Positions 1 through 10,300 of a stretch of 64,000 nt of DNA are shown here, piece after piece. The first letter of the stretch is position 1, and the number at the start of each line of letters is the position of its first letter. Source of the DNA: a virus; the IMG/VR virus record IMGVR_UViG_3300042691_015660. The stretch is one strand, 5' to 3'. The notes under the pieces are model-generated. The model was not told where the DNA came from. It worked only from the letters and a program-made list of their open reading frames with translations, and made no database searches. A program made the position numbers and the translations under genes.

Positions 1-2859
1 GATATTGCTAGTAATATTATTCCTGATATAGATAATACTTTTCAATTAGGAACAGGATCTAAACGTTGGAAAGATATTTGGGTAGATACATTACATGCTG
101 ATGCAGTGGTTACCGGAGCCATCACTGTGGCAGGTATTGACATTGCTCTTAGTCAAGGTAACATCTATTATGTAGCAGTTAACGGTGACGATGGCAATAC
201 CGGTGTTCATCAAAACGATCCGTTAAGTAGTATTGGAAGAGCATTAGATTTAGCAAGTGCTGGAGATACAGTTTATATCTATCCAGGAACTTATTCTGAA
301 GCGTTGCCTTTAACAGTACCTGTAGGTGTAACAGTTAAAGGAGCAGGCATAAGATCAGTTACTATTGAGCCTGATAGTGATGTAACAGTAGATGTATTTC
401 TTTTAAACGGCGAAACCACCGTAGAAGATTTAACTATTACTGGTTTTGAATATGATGTAGGAACAAATACAGGATACGCATTTAGATTTGCTCCAAACAT
501 GACTGTAACTAGTCGCAGTCCTTATATTAGGAATGTTAGTATAATTACTGCTGGATCTACAGTAAGGTTAATGACCAATCCTCCAAGCGATCCGAGAGGA
601 TTTTTATCTGGTGATGCTGGTAAAGGTGCTTATCTAGATGGCAGCATTGTAAACGCTGCTAGTCGCGAAGCCAGTATGCTATTTCACAGTGCAACATTTA
701 TTACACCAGGTGTTGATACTATTACAATGACTAACGGTGTAAGGGTCGAATGGTTAAACAGTTTTACATACTTTGCTAACAGAGGTCTATACGCAATAAG
801 TGGTAGTGCAGGGTTTGCTGGCGACGGCAAAACGCGATTAAAAGTTTACGGCATTAGCGCACAAACACTAAATGTTGGTGACACTGTTACAGTAGAAAAT
901 GTCAGTGCTAATCCAGCAACTTCGACAACTGGCACAATCGAAAGTTTTACCTATGCTGCTCCTTATACAAATATTGTTATTGATGGTAAAGTTTCTGGCT
1001 TCGAGGAAAGTTTAAGTCCGCCTGATACAGAAAATCAACAAGTGATTACATTTAGTGGAGGACAGACAGCTAGTCATTTAGCATGGGCCGACTACAGCGA
1101 CTTTGGCGCGGAAGTTCGAAGTATTGCCAGCGCCAGTGTTTATGGAAATTACGGTGCTTACGGTGACGGCGAAGGAGTAATTGCTTACCTAATTGGCACA
1201 AATTTAGCTTACATCGGATCTGGAAGATACTCAGACAATGACCCAATTAATGTTATACAAGCTAATGAAGTTGTAGAATTAAATCGTGCTAGAATTTATT
1301 ATACTAGCGTAGATGCTCAAGGCGATTTTAGAGTAGGTGATTATTTCTTAGTTGATCAACAAACTGGTACAATTACATTTAATCCGACGAGTTTAGAAAT
1401 TACCAGTAGTACTGGGGTGACATTTACTGACGGTGTCAATACTACGCTAGTGACTCCTACTAAAGTTGAGACAGGCAATATAAGAATCAGCGGTAATACT
1501 ATTCAAAGTTTGTCTGGAGGTATTACTCTTACAGCAGCTAGTAATCAGATTACATTTACTAGTAATGCTACTATAACAGGTACAGTTGATTTACAGGAAA
1601 ATTTTACCGTTCAAGGTAACACTACAATAGGTGACTCAGCTAGCGATCTATTAACAATTAATTCTAGAATTAATAGTAATATTGTTCCTAATGCTACTAC
1701 GGCTTATGATTTAGGATCTTTATCAAATAGTTGGAGAAATGTTTATCTAGCACAAGCAGATATAGATAATATTAGAATTAGCGGTAATTTAATTACAACT
1801 ACAAATTCAAACGCCGATTTAGAATTACGTGCTAATGGCACAGGCGTAGTAAGAATACCTAATGATAATCTAGTAGTAAATCAAAATCTAAATGTTATTG
1901 GATCTAGTACCTTAGCTAATACCACAGTTTCTGGAATTTTAAATGTTGGAAGTTTAATCAGCAATTCTACAGTACAAAGTAGCACATTTACCACAGATGA
2001 TATTATAATTCAAGGCAATGTAATACGTACATCATTGTCTAATAGTAATTTAGAATTACGTGCTAACGGTAGCGGAGCAGTTTTATTTGAAAATTTAAGT
2101 GTACAAGGAAGTACTATTTCAGGATTAGTTCCAGGACAAGATTTAGAATTTACACCTAGCGGCTCAGGTGTGTTTAAAATTAATAGTACTCAAGCATTAA
2201 CTTTACCTATTGGTTCTGATGCTCAACGACCATTAAGTCCACAATCAGGTATGATTCGATTCAACAGTACAATAAATCAGTTTGAAGGATATACAGGCAC
2301 CGCATGGATACAATTTGGTAGTGTAATAGATGCTGATAGAAACACCTATGTGATACCAGAACTAAGTCCAGGTTCTAATGAAAATACATTATATTTTGTA
2401 GCAGACGGCAATCTAGCAGCTACATTAGATAGTAATCAATTTAATGTGAACAAGTTGTTAGTTGATCAAATTGAAATTGACGGCAATATTATTAGAACTA
2501 CTAGTTCTAATACTGATTTAGAACTAACACCAAATGGAACTGGAGCTGTAGTAATCGACGGATTTAGAATTACTACAAACACTATAACAAACACAAATGT
2601 AGGTGCTGTAACTACGTTACAGTCTACTGGTTCAGGATACTTTAATATTGTAGGAACTAACGCTGTAGTTATACCATCAGGCACTGACTTTCAAAGACCT
2701 GGTACTCCTCAAGTAGGAATGATGAGATTCAGCACTAGTTTAGGATTTGTAGAAATATATGACGGCGCTGCTTGGATTAGTGTAGCAGGTACAGGATCTG
2801 GTATTAATGCGGATCAAGCGACTGAAATTGCGATAGCGCAAGTATTAATTTTTGGATAA
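1..2859 (+). CDS. Large virion fibre/structural protein with pectin-lyase-like beta-helix (5'-truncated)
   Basis: Frame is open from base 1 (DIASNIIPD...), so the track start at 106 is not the real start. Contains YYVAVNGDD...LSSIGRAL...YIYPGTYSE beta-helix start, an RSPYIRNV motif and YYTSVDAQGDFRVG shared with the 3592 and 7356 proteins, plus repeated 'ISGNxIxTxxSNxDLELxxNGTG' fibre repeats. Confidence 0.7.
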   Translation, partial: DIASNIIPDIDNTFQLGTGSKRWKDIWVDTLHADAVVTGAITVAGIDIALSQGNIYYVAVNGDDGNTGVHQNDPLSSIGRALDLASAGDTVYIYPGTYSEALPLTVPVGVTVKGAGIRSVTIEPDSDVTVDVFLLNGETTVEDLTITGFEYDVGTNTGYAFRFAPNMTVTSRSPYIRNVSIITAGSTVRLMTNPPSDPRGFLSGDAGKGAYLDGSIVNAASREASMLFHSATFITPGVDTITMTNGVRVEWLNSFTYFANRGLYAISGSAGFAGDGKTRLKVYGISAQTLNVGDTVTVENVSANPATSTTGTIESFTYAAPYTNIVIDGKVSGFEESLSPPDTENQQVITFSGGQTASHLAWADYSDFGAEVRSIASASVYGNYGAYGDGEGVIAYLIGTNLAYIGSGRYSDNDPINVIQANEVVELNRARIYYTSVDAQGDFRVGDYFLVDQQTGTITFNPTSLEITSSTGVTFTDGVNTTLVTPTKVETGNIRISGNTIQSLSGGITLTAASNQITFTSNATITGTVDLQENFTVQGNTTIGDSASDLLTINSRINSNIVPNATTAYDLGSLSNSWRNVYLAQADIDNIRISGNLITTTNSNADLELRANGTGVVRIPNDNLVVNQNLNVIGSSTLANTTVSGILNVGSLISNSTVQSSTFTTDDIIIQGNVIRTSLSNSNLELRANGSGAVLFENLSVQGSTISGLVPGQDLEFTPSGSGVFKINSTQALTLPIGSDAQRPLSPQSGMIRFNSTINQFEGYTGTAWIQFGSVIDADRNTYVIPELSPGSNENTLYFVADGNLAATLDSNQFNVNKLLVDQIEIDGNIIRTTSSNTDLELTPNGTGAVVIDGFRITTNTITNTNVGAVTTLQSTGSGYFNIVGTNAVVIPSGTDFQRPGTPQVGMMRFSTSLGFVEIYDGAAWISVAGTGSGINADQATEIAIAQVLIFG

Positions 2860-2864
2860 AATAA

Positions 2865-3194
2865 ATGGCAACTTATTTAAGAACGCGAGTAGTTAAAAAC
2901 ATAGGAACAACCCCAGCAGATGTTATTCAAACTGTAGGGAACAATAGATTTACAGTCATTGGTTGTAATATTGCCAATGTAATTGATAATCCAGTTACCA
3001 TTGACATATATGTCATTGATTCAAGTAGCACTGCTGCATATTATGTTAGAGGATTGACTATACCTGCTAATACTAGTGCTAAAATGATTACTAACGGAGA
3101 AAAATTAATTTTGGCAGAACAGTGTGGACTTAGAATAGTTAGCGACACATCTGATAGTATAGACGTAGTAGTAAGCTACGCAGAAATCGTATAA
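2865..3194 (+). CDS. Small beta-rich virion protein, paralogue of 13060..13380
   Basis: 109 aa, follows a fibre gene directly. Same layout as the 13060 product (T.Y/V...V.ICN...A....I....IVL.....L.V.S....I..VV.G/Y.E). Confidence 0.55.
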   Translation: MATYLRTRVVKNIGTTPADVIQTVGNNRFTVIGCNIANVIDNPVTIDIYVIDSSSTAAYYVRGLTIPANTSAKMITNGEKLILAEQCGLRIVSDTSDSIDVVVSYAEIV

Positions 3195-3203
3195 GGATAA
3201 ATT

Positions 3204-3560
3204 ATGAGCAATTACTTTTTTGGCAGTGATCAGCAAAGCATCTTAGGAGATATACCTAGATTTTTTTATGGGCTAAGAAGAACAGCGCAAGGTCAGCTTT
3301 ATTTAGGCAAAGTTAATCAACTAAATCCTAATGACATTCTTGAAATTAATGTTGCCGGACCAGAAGAAGACAACTTCAACGGATACGAAGCAGGCATTGA
3401 CTTTTATGAAGGCAGAAATATTAAGCATCAGATTGTATATCCTAATTTAAAATGGGAACAATACCGATGGGATAATCGCAGTTTACTGTATTATGTGAAC
3501 GATAATGGCGAATTAATTGTAAGAATTAATCAAAAATATGACTATCCAACTGGCATATAA
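3204..3560 (+). CDS. Hypothetical protein (structural module)
   Basis: 118-aa ORF with AGGA RBS, co-oriented in the fibre cluster. Confidence 0.6.
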   Translation: MSNYFFGSDQQSILGDIPRFFYGLRRTAQGQLYLGKVNQLNPNDILEINVAGPEEDNFNGYEAGIDFYEGRNIKHQIVYPNLKWEQYRWDNRSLLYYVNDNGELIVRINQKYDYPTGI

Positions 3561-3563
3561 ATA
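3556..3563 (+). promoter_or_regulatory. T4-type late promoter TATAAATA
   Basis: Exact T4 gp55 consensus upstream of the 3592 gene. Confidence 0.65.
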
Positions 3564-3591
3564 TTAAAATTAATAGTTTTTTGGGGCTAAA

Positions 3592-6500
3592 ATGGCTGAA
3601 TTTAGAATTAGTAGATTAAAATACACCTGGAAGGGTGAATGGAGTTCTGGAAATGTTTATTTTCCAGATGATGTAATAAACTACGGCGGAAAGGTATATG
3701 TTTGTTTAAGAGAACATAACTCAGAGTCCGGCGGCGGTTTTTATGCTGATTTAGCAGCTACGGTTCCAGGTACCCTTCCACCAGAACCGGCTCCTAGATG
3801 GGAACAAATGATGGACGGATATGCTTGGCAAGGAGAGTGGCAAGCAGAAATACCGTATAGTTTGAATGACTTAGTCAAGTATGGCGGCATTGTCTATCGT
3901 TGTATTGAACAACATACTGCCGATACTTTATTTGGAGTAGATAGTACAATAGAAGCTGATTATGGTTTAGAAAATGATCAAGCAAAATGGACTGTTATTG
4001 CTAAGACAGAAGATTGGAAGTTAGACTGGATAGTTAATCAGCCGTATAGAGTAAATGACATAGTAAAATATGGAGGTATAGTATATCGTTGTATTACTGC
4101 TCATATTTCAGCAGCAACTATAAGTTTAGGTTTAGAGAATGATCAAGGAAACTGGGAGATTGTTCATAGCGGTATTGAATACAGATTTGACTGGACTTCG
4201 CCTTTAAGATACAGATTAAACGATGTAGTAAAATATGGCGCTAGAGTTTACATCTGTACTACTTATCACGACGCTAGTGGGATATTCGATTCTGCTAAGT
4301 GGTCTGTGTATGCTCCAGGATTAGAATACGAAAATCAATGGGATGCTACAACAAGATATCAAATAGGTGATGTTGTAAAATATGGAGGGTATTCATATTT
4401 TTCTAAAACTTTTAATCAAGCATCGATACCTAGTACATCTCTTTCTGATTGGGAATTATTAAGTATTGGTTATAACTTACGAGGTGACTATAACGTAGTA
4501 ACTGCTTATCTAGTAGGCGATGTAGTTAGACGCAACGGTAATCTTTATGCTTGTATAGTTAATTCCACCGGAAATGATCCTACAAATACGACTTATTGGG
4601 AAATCGTTTCAACATCTAAAAAGTGGAGAAATCGTTGGGCATTAGTAACTACTTACGAATTAGGTGATATTGTTACATTTGATTTGTTTGCGTATGAGTG
4701 TATTCAAAGACATACCTCGTCTTCTATTTTACGTCCAGATTTGCCAGCATCATCGAGTTACTGGGCGTTGTTTAGTCAAGGCGATGTAAACAACAGATTA
4801 AGAGAACAAGGCGATTTAAAAGTCTACGGTATAACAGAAGATGGTAGTACTATAGGAAGTACAAGATTACCTATTGGATCGTCTGGAGAAGTTCTTAAAA
4901 GATTAAATGACTTACCTGATTGGTACGATTTAAATGAAACTAATAAAGTATACTACATTAGTATAGACGGAGTAGATGCTGTAGGAAGGGGAACTACACT
5001 TAACTCCCCTTGGAGAACTATTAGATATGCCTGTCAAAATATAACAGGACCAGCCACGGTTCTAATCAAAACAGGATACTATGAAGAAATATTACCGATC
5101 AGCATTCCGGCAGGGGTAGCACTTGTAGGTGATGAATTAAGAAGTACTACTATTGGACCTGCTCCTGGTTATGAAACTAGTAATATGTTCTATGTACGTA
5201 ACGCTTGCGGCATCAGAAATATGACATTAATAGGATTATCAGGCTCTTTAGGACCATTAAATCAATACTTGACTAGGAGACCAACTGCAGGTGCTTACGT
5301 AAGTTTAGATCCAGGCACTGGCACTAACGATTCTAGTGTTTGGATCAGTTCAAGAAGCCCATACATTCAAAATGTAACAACTTTTGGCACAGGATGTATT
5401 GGATTAAAAGTGGACGGGAATTTACATGACGGCGGCAACAGATCTATCGTTGCTAACGACTTCACACAAGTATTAAGTGATGGCATCGGTGCGTGGGTTA
5501 CTAATTTAGGGAGAAGCGAACTTGTTAGCGTATTCTCATATTACGGACATATTGGTTATCTAGCAGAAAATGGCGGAAAAATTCGTGCTACTAATGGTAA
5601 CAGCTCATACGGTACATATGGATGTGTTGCCGAAGGGGTCAGTTTAGCAGAAATTCCTATCACTGGAGTAGTCAATAACAGATCAACAGAAGCTACTGTA
5701 GCTAGTGCGTTCAGTGATCAAGCAGGTGATCAAATTTTAATTTTAGAATACGAACATTGCGGTCAAGATTATAGTGGCGGCGGTACTACATTTTCATTTA
5801 CAGGAGCAGGTACTGGAGCCAGTGCTACAGCCGTAGCAAGGAATGGCGGAGTATCACAAGTGAGAATATATACACCAGGCGACAGTAGTCAAGCAGGTGG
5901 AGGCGGCTATTTAAATGTTATTAATAATGCTCAAGCAGGTGATAATTTAACAATTACTTTATCAGGCAGCGATACTAATACTTTTACAAATTATAATGGC
6001 ATGAGAATTATAATTATAAGCGGTACAGGTAGTGGTCAGTATGGGTATATACAAGCTTATGATGATACAACTAAAGTAGCTACAGTTTATAAAGAATCGG
6101 ATGATACTCCAGGGTGGGATCATGTAGCAGGATTTAGTATTGAACCAATTCTTGATACAACTACTCAATACAGTATCGAACCAAGATTAATCTTTGACGC
6201 ACCGGTGTCGGGAATTAGAGCACAAGGAAGGGCAGTCATAGTAGCAGGCAAGTTAACTTTAATTAAAATTTGGGATTGCGGTAGCGGATATACAGTTGCT
6301 CCAACAGTCACATTAACAGATCCAAATAACACTAGCGAAGCAGTGTTACAAGCTAGAATTAACAATGGAGTGTTAGGACCAGTAAACTGGGTTAGTAGAG
6401 GCAACAATTATCAAACAACATCTACTAGAGTAACAATTATTGGCGCTGGCTTTGCTGACAAGTATCAACTAGGAGATACATTAGTACTAAACAGTGTGAG

Positions 6501-7290
6501 CAGATTACCCGGTCCTGGAGATAATTTAACAATATCAGGCATTAATGATGTAATTTATAAAATTGTGTCAGTGGACAACGTAGTAGGACTCGCTCCTTCA
6601 TTATCAATGAGATTAAAAATCTCTCCAAATCTTGGAATTGAAGAAAGCCCTGCTCACGGAGGTGCTATTATTATTAGACAAAATTATAGCCAAGTTCGAT
6701 TAACCGGGCATGATTTTTTAGATATTGGTACAGGTAATTTTATAGGTACAGATTATCCAGATTTATATAAAGAGTACGGGTTTGTTCCTTCCCCAGAAAA
6801 TGAAGTATATGAAGTAGGTGGCGGTCGCGTATTCTATACAAGTACTGATCAAGATGGTAACTTTAGAGTAGGTGAATTATTTAAAGTAGAGCAAGCTACA
6901 GGCACAGTAACCATCAGTGCCAGTTTGTTTAATTTGGGTGGCTTAGAAGAATTAAGATTAGGGGGAGTAGCCGTTGGCGGTACAGGTACAGTAATTAGAG
7001 AATTCAGCACAGATGCTACATTTACAGCAGACAGCAACAATATTGTGTCGACTCAGCGAGCTATCAAAGCATATATTACTTCTAGAATTAGCGGCGGAAG
7101 TTCTGATGCGTTTACAACTATTTTAACAGCGGGTGTTGTAGTTGTTGGACCAAATCTGATTAGTACTACTACAGGAGATAAGATAGAAATTGATGCTTCT
7201 GTAAGATTTAATAGCCCTCCTGTAGGATCTTTGTTAGCCATGAGTTATTTTTCCAGTTCCTGGGATTCTAATCTAGATTTACAAGACTAA
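3592..7290 (+). CDS. Tail-fibre-like virion protein: 7 CBM5/12-like Trp/Tyr repeats + beta-helix + fibre C-terminus
   Basis: Seven W-x5-Y-xx-(N/G)D-x-V-x-Y-GG-xx-Y-x-C-xxx-H repeats, then pectin-lyase-like 'GDELRST' domain, 'GSGYT.AP.V' repeats and a C-terminal FYTSTDQDGNFRVG block. Paralogue of 7356. Confidence 0.7.
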   Translation: MAEFRISRLKYTWKGEWSSGNVYFPDDVINYGGKVYVCLREHNSESGGGFYADLAATVPGTLPPEPAPRWEQMMDGYAWQGEWQAEIPYSLNDLVKYGGIVYRCIEQHTADTLFGVDSTIEADYGLENDQAKWTVIAKTEDWKLDWIVNQPYRVNDIVKYGGIVYRCITAHISAATISLGLENDQGNWEIVHSGIEYRFDWTSPLRYRLNDVVKYGARVYICTTYHDASGIFDSAKWSVYAPGLEYENQWDATTRYQIGDVVKYGGYSYFSKTFNQASIPSTSLSDWELLSIGYNLRGDYNVVTAYLVGDVVRRNGNLYACIVNSTGNDPTNTTYWEIVSTSKKWRNRWALVTTYELGDIVTFDLFAYECIQRHTSSSILRPDLPASSSYWALFSQGDVNNRLREQGDLKVYGITEDGSTIGSTRLPIGSSGEVLKRLNDLPDWYDLNETNKVYYISIDGVDAVGRGTTLNSPWRTIRYACQNITGPATVLIKTGYYEEILPISIPAGVALVGDELRSTTIGPAPGYETSNMFYVRNACGIRNMTLIGLSGSLGPLNQYLTRRPTAGAYVSLDPGTGTNDSSVWISSRSPYIQNVTTFGTGCIGLKVDGNLHDGGNRSIVANDFTQVLSDGIGAWVTNLGRSELVSVFSYYGHIGYLAENGGKIRATNGNSSYGTYGCVAEGVSLAEIPITGVVNNRSTEATVASAFSDQAGDQILILEYEHCGQDYSGGGTTFSFTGAGTGASATAVARNGGVSQVRIYTPGDSSQAGGGGYLNVINNAQAGDNLTITLSGSDTNTFTNYNGMRIIIISGTGSGQYGYIQAYDDTTKVATVYKESDDTPGWDHVAGFSIEPILDTTTQYSIEPRLIFDAPVSGIRAQGRAVIVAGKLTLIKIWDCGSGYTVAPTVTLTDPNNTSEAVLQARINNGVLGPVNWVSRGNNYQTTSTRVTIIGAGFADKYQLGDTLVLNSVSRLPGPGDNLTISGINDVIYKIVSVDNVVGLAPSLSMRLKISPNLGIEESPAHGGAIIIRQNYSQVRLTGHDFLDIGTGNFIGTDYPDLYKEYGFVPSPENEVYEVGGGRVFYTSTDQDGNFRVGELFKVEQATGTVTISASLFNLGGLEELRLGGVAVGGTGTVIREFSTDATFTADSNNIVSTQRAIKAYITSRISGGSSDAFTTILTAGVVVVGPNLISTTTGDKIEIDASVRFNSPPVGSLLAMSYFSSSWDSNLDLQD

Positions 7291-7320
7291 AATATCCAAA
7301 TTTATGGCTACCAAAAAAAA

Positions 7321-7328
7321 CATAAATA
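7321..7328 (+). promoter_or_regulatory. T4-type late promoter (CATAAATA)
   Basis: 7/8 match to TATAAATA in the intergenic gap. GGAG RBS precedes ATG 7356. Confidence 0.55.
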
Positions 7329-7355
7329 CAATATATTACAATTACGGAGCAGTAA

Positions 7356-10300
7356 ATGGCTGAGTTTAATCTAGGTAGAATTAGATTTGTATGGAAGGGA
7401 GCATGGGTAACTAGCACTTCCTACATCAAAGACGACGTTGTGCGTTACGGCGGTAAAACATATTTGTGTGTGATTGGACACACCGCAGCAGCAGATTTTA
7501 ATACAGACCTAGAAAACATTCCAACTAGATGGAATCAGATGTCTGATGGACAAGAGTGGAAGGGTAATTGGTCAACCAGCACATTTTACAAATTAAACGA
7601 TATTGTAAAATATGGCGGTTATATCTACATCTGTAATGATAGTCATACCAGTGCTGCCACAGCAACATTAGGGTTAGAACAAGATTTGTTTAAATGGGAC
7701 TTGTTTGCCGAAACATTTGATTGGAAAACAGACTGGACTACTAGTACAAGATATAAAATTAATGATATTGTAAAATATGGTGGTATTACTTATATTTGTA
7801 ATCAAGGACATACTAGTGCTGCTACAGCAACATTAGGGTTAGAACAAGATCAAGGTAAATGGGACTTTTTACACAAAGGTATTGATTATTTAGGAACATG
7901 GAGTGGCTCCAGTGTAAGATACAAAATAAATGATGTTGTAAAATACGGAGCAGGTCTTTGGATTTGTACAACTTATCATACTAGTAGTGCTACATTTGCT
8001 GAATCAAATTGGACACAATTTGTCGAAGGTTTAGAATTCAATGACACATGGAATGCGTCAGCAGTTTATCAACCTGGCGACACTATAGCTTACGGCGGCT
8101 ATGTTTACATAAGCAAAACTAATCACACTAATCAAGTACCTACAAGTAATAGTGATGATTGGGATTTATATATCACCGGATTCAAATATCAAGGTGCTTG
8201 GGGACTGCCAAACTTTTATAGAGTAGGTAATGTTGTAAGACATGGAGGATACACTTATGTAGCAGTAGCAGATGCCGAAGCTAGCGGAGCAAATGTTCCT
8301 CCTAACGCAACATACTGGGCACAACTTAATTCTGGTACTGCTTGGAGGGGTCCTTGGGACGGCAATAAAACATATATTTTAGGCGACTTAGTAAAATATG
8401 GTCCTAACAGTTTTATCTGTATTAATCCCCACACATCGTCTACTCCTAACAGACCAGACAATGATACTGCAGGCACATATTGGAATGTATTCACAGCTGG
8501 TTCTGAACTAAGTGTATTAACTACACAAGGCGATTTAGTCTATTATGGCGGCGCCGGACCGACAAGGTTGCCAATTGGAAGAGAAGGCCAAGTTCTAAGA
8601 GTTAGTTCTTCAGCAGCACCGGAGTGGGCATTTTGGGGCATTATAAATTGTATTGCGTATGTCAGTCCAAGCGGTGAAGATTTACCTTGGCCAAATTATG
8701 GACCAACTATAGACAGACCCTTTAAAACTATTCAATTCGCTTCACAGCAAATTGAAAAAGGTATGTTATATCCTGAAGCTTCAAATTTAATTGCTCGAAA
8801 TAGACAATTCATACAAAAAGAAGTAGTGTCGTGGACTAATGCGCAAGTAGCAGGACCTATCTCTCCGTTTACCGGAGCCTTTACTTTTAACTCTGCTAAA
8901 TGCGAAAGAGATATCGGTGTACTTGTTGATGCCATAGTCTACGATCTATCTCACGGCGGTAATAAGCGAATAAGAGATTTCGCTATTTACAACGGCGAAG
9001 AAATAGCTATATTTGCTGTAGGTGAGAAATTACAAACAATCGCAGCCGTTAATTTTGCTCTGTCATTAGTACAAGATATTATTTCAGAAGATACAATTAC
9101 ACCTTATCAAGGAACAGTAACACAGGTTATAGACGCAACCAAAGAACCAGAAACAGCAGCTAGTACAATTGTAACATCATTAATCGGATCTTTGACAGCA
9201 TCAATTAATGCCGTTGAAGATAGTTCTAGTGTGTTTGATTTACAAACGGTCAATTATACAATTAGTGTAAAAACTGGAACATTCAATGAAGTATTACCAA
9301 TTATAGTGCCATCACTAACAGCTATTGTTGGCGATGAATTACGTAGTACTAGAATTGAACCTGCAGGAAGTTTAATAGCAGCAGGAGATGTTACATATAG
9401 CATGGCAGCACTGACAAGACTTGCTGCCATTGTAAGTAATATTGTTCAAAATGTTAGTATTGTAAAAAGTACAGGCAATCCATTAAATCAAGTTACTAGT
9501 AGACCAGCAGGATCAGTAGGATCAGGAACAGCGGCAGCGAATCTGTTTACCACAGCAAAAAATTATATTGATTTTTATGTAAACTCTGTAGGAACTGCTC
9601 CTGCAATGCGAGGTACAAATTACTGGACTACCGATGAAAATTATTACAGGGCTGTTAATATACTAGAAGAAAATAAAGAATTTCTAGCAGAAGAAGCAGT
9701 GGCTTATATTAATGTAACCTATCCTGCGTATGCTGGAACATATGACGAAGCTGCTTGTAAAAGAGATGTAAGAGAATATGTTGATGCTATCAAATATGAT
9801 TTAGTTTATAGTGCCAATGTAGTTGGTAATTACAAAACATTAACAGCAGCAAGACTATATGTAAATGCTGTTAACGGATCTATAGACAAAGATATGTTCT
9901 ATCTAAGAAATGGAACTGGTTTAAGAAATTGTACTACAGCAGGACTAACAGGAACATTAAGTGCTCCAAACATTTACGGAACACGCAGACCTTCAGCTGG
10001 CGCCTATACTAGTTTAGACCCAGGGTGGGGCCCTGATGACGAACGTGTGTGGATTACTCATAGAAGTCCATATGTTCAAAATGTTACTACATTTGGAACT
10101 GCTTGTATTGGATTAAAAGTAGATGGGAATATTCATAATGGCGGAAATGATTCTATTGTGGCTAATGATTTTACACAAGTGTTAAGTGACGGTATTGGTG
10201 CTTGGGTTACTAATCTTGGTCGTGCTGAACTTGTTAGTGTCTTCTCATATTACGGACATATTGGTTATCTAGCAGAAAATGGCGGTAAGATTCGTGCCAC

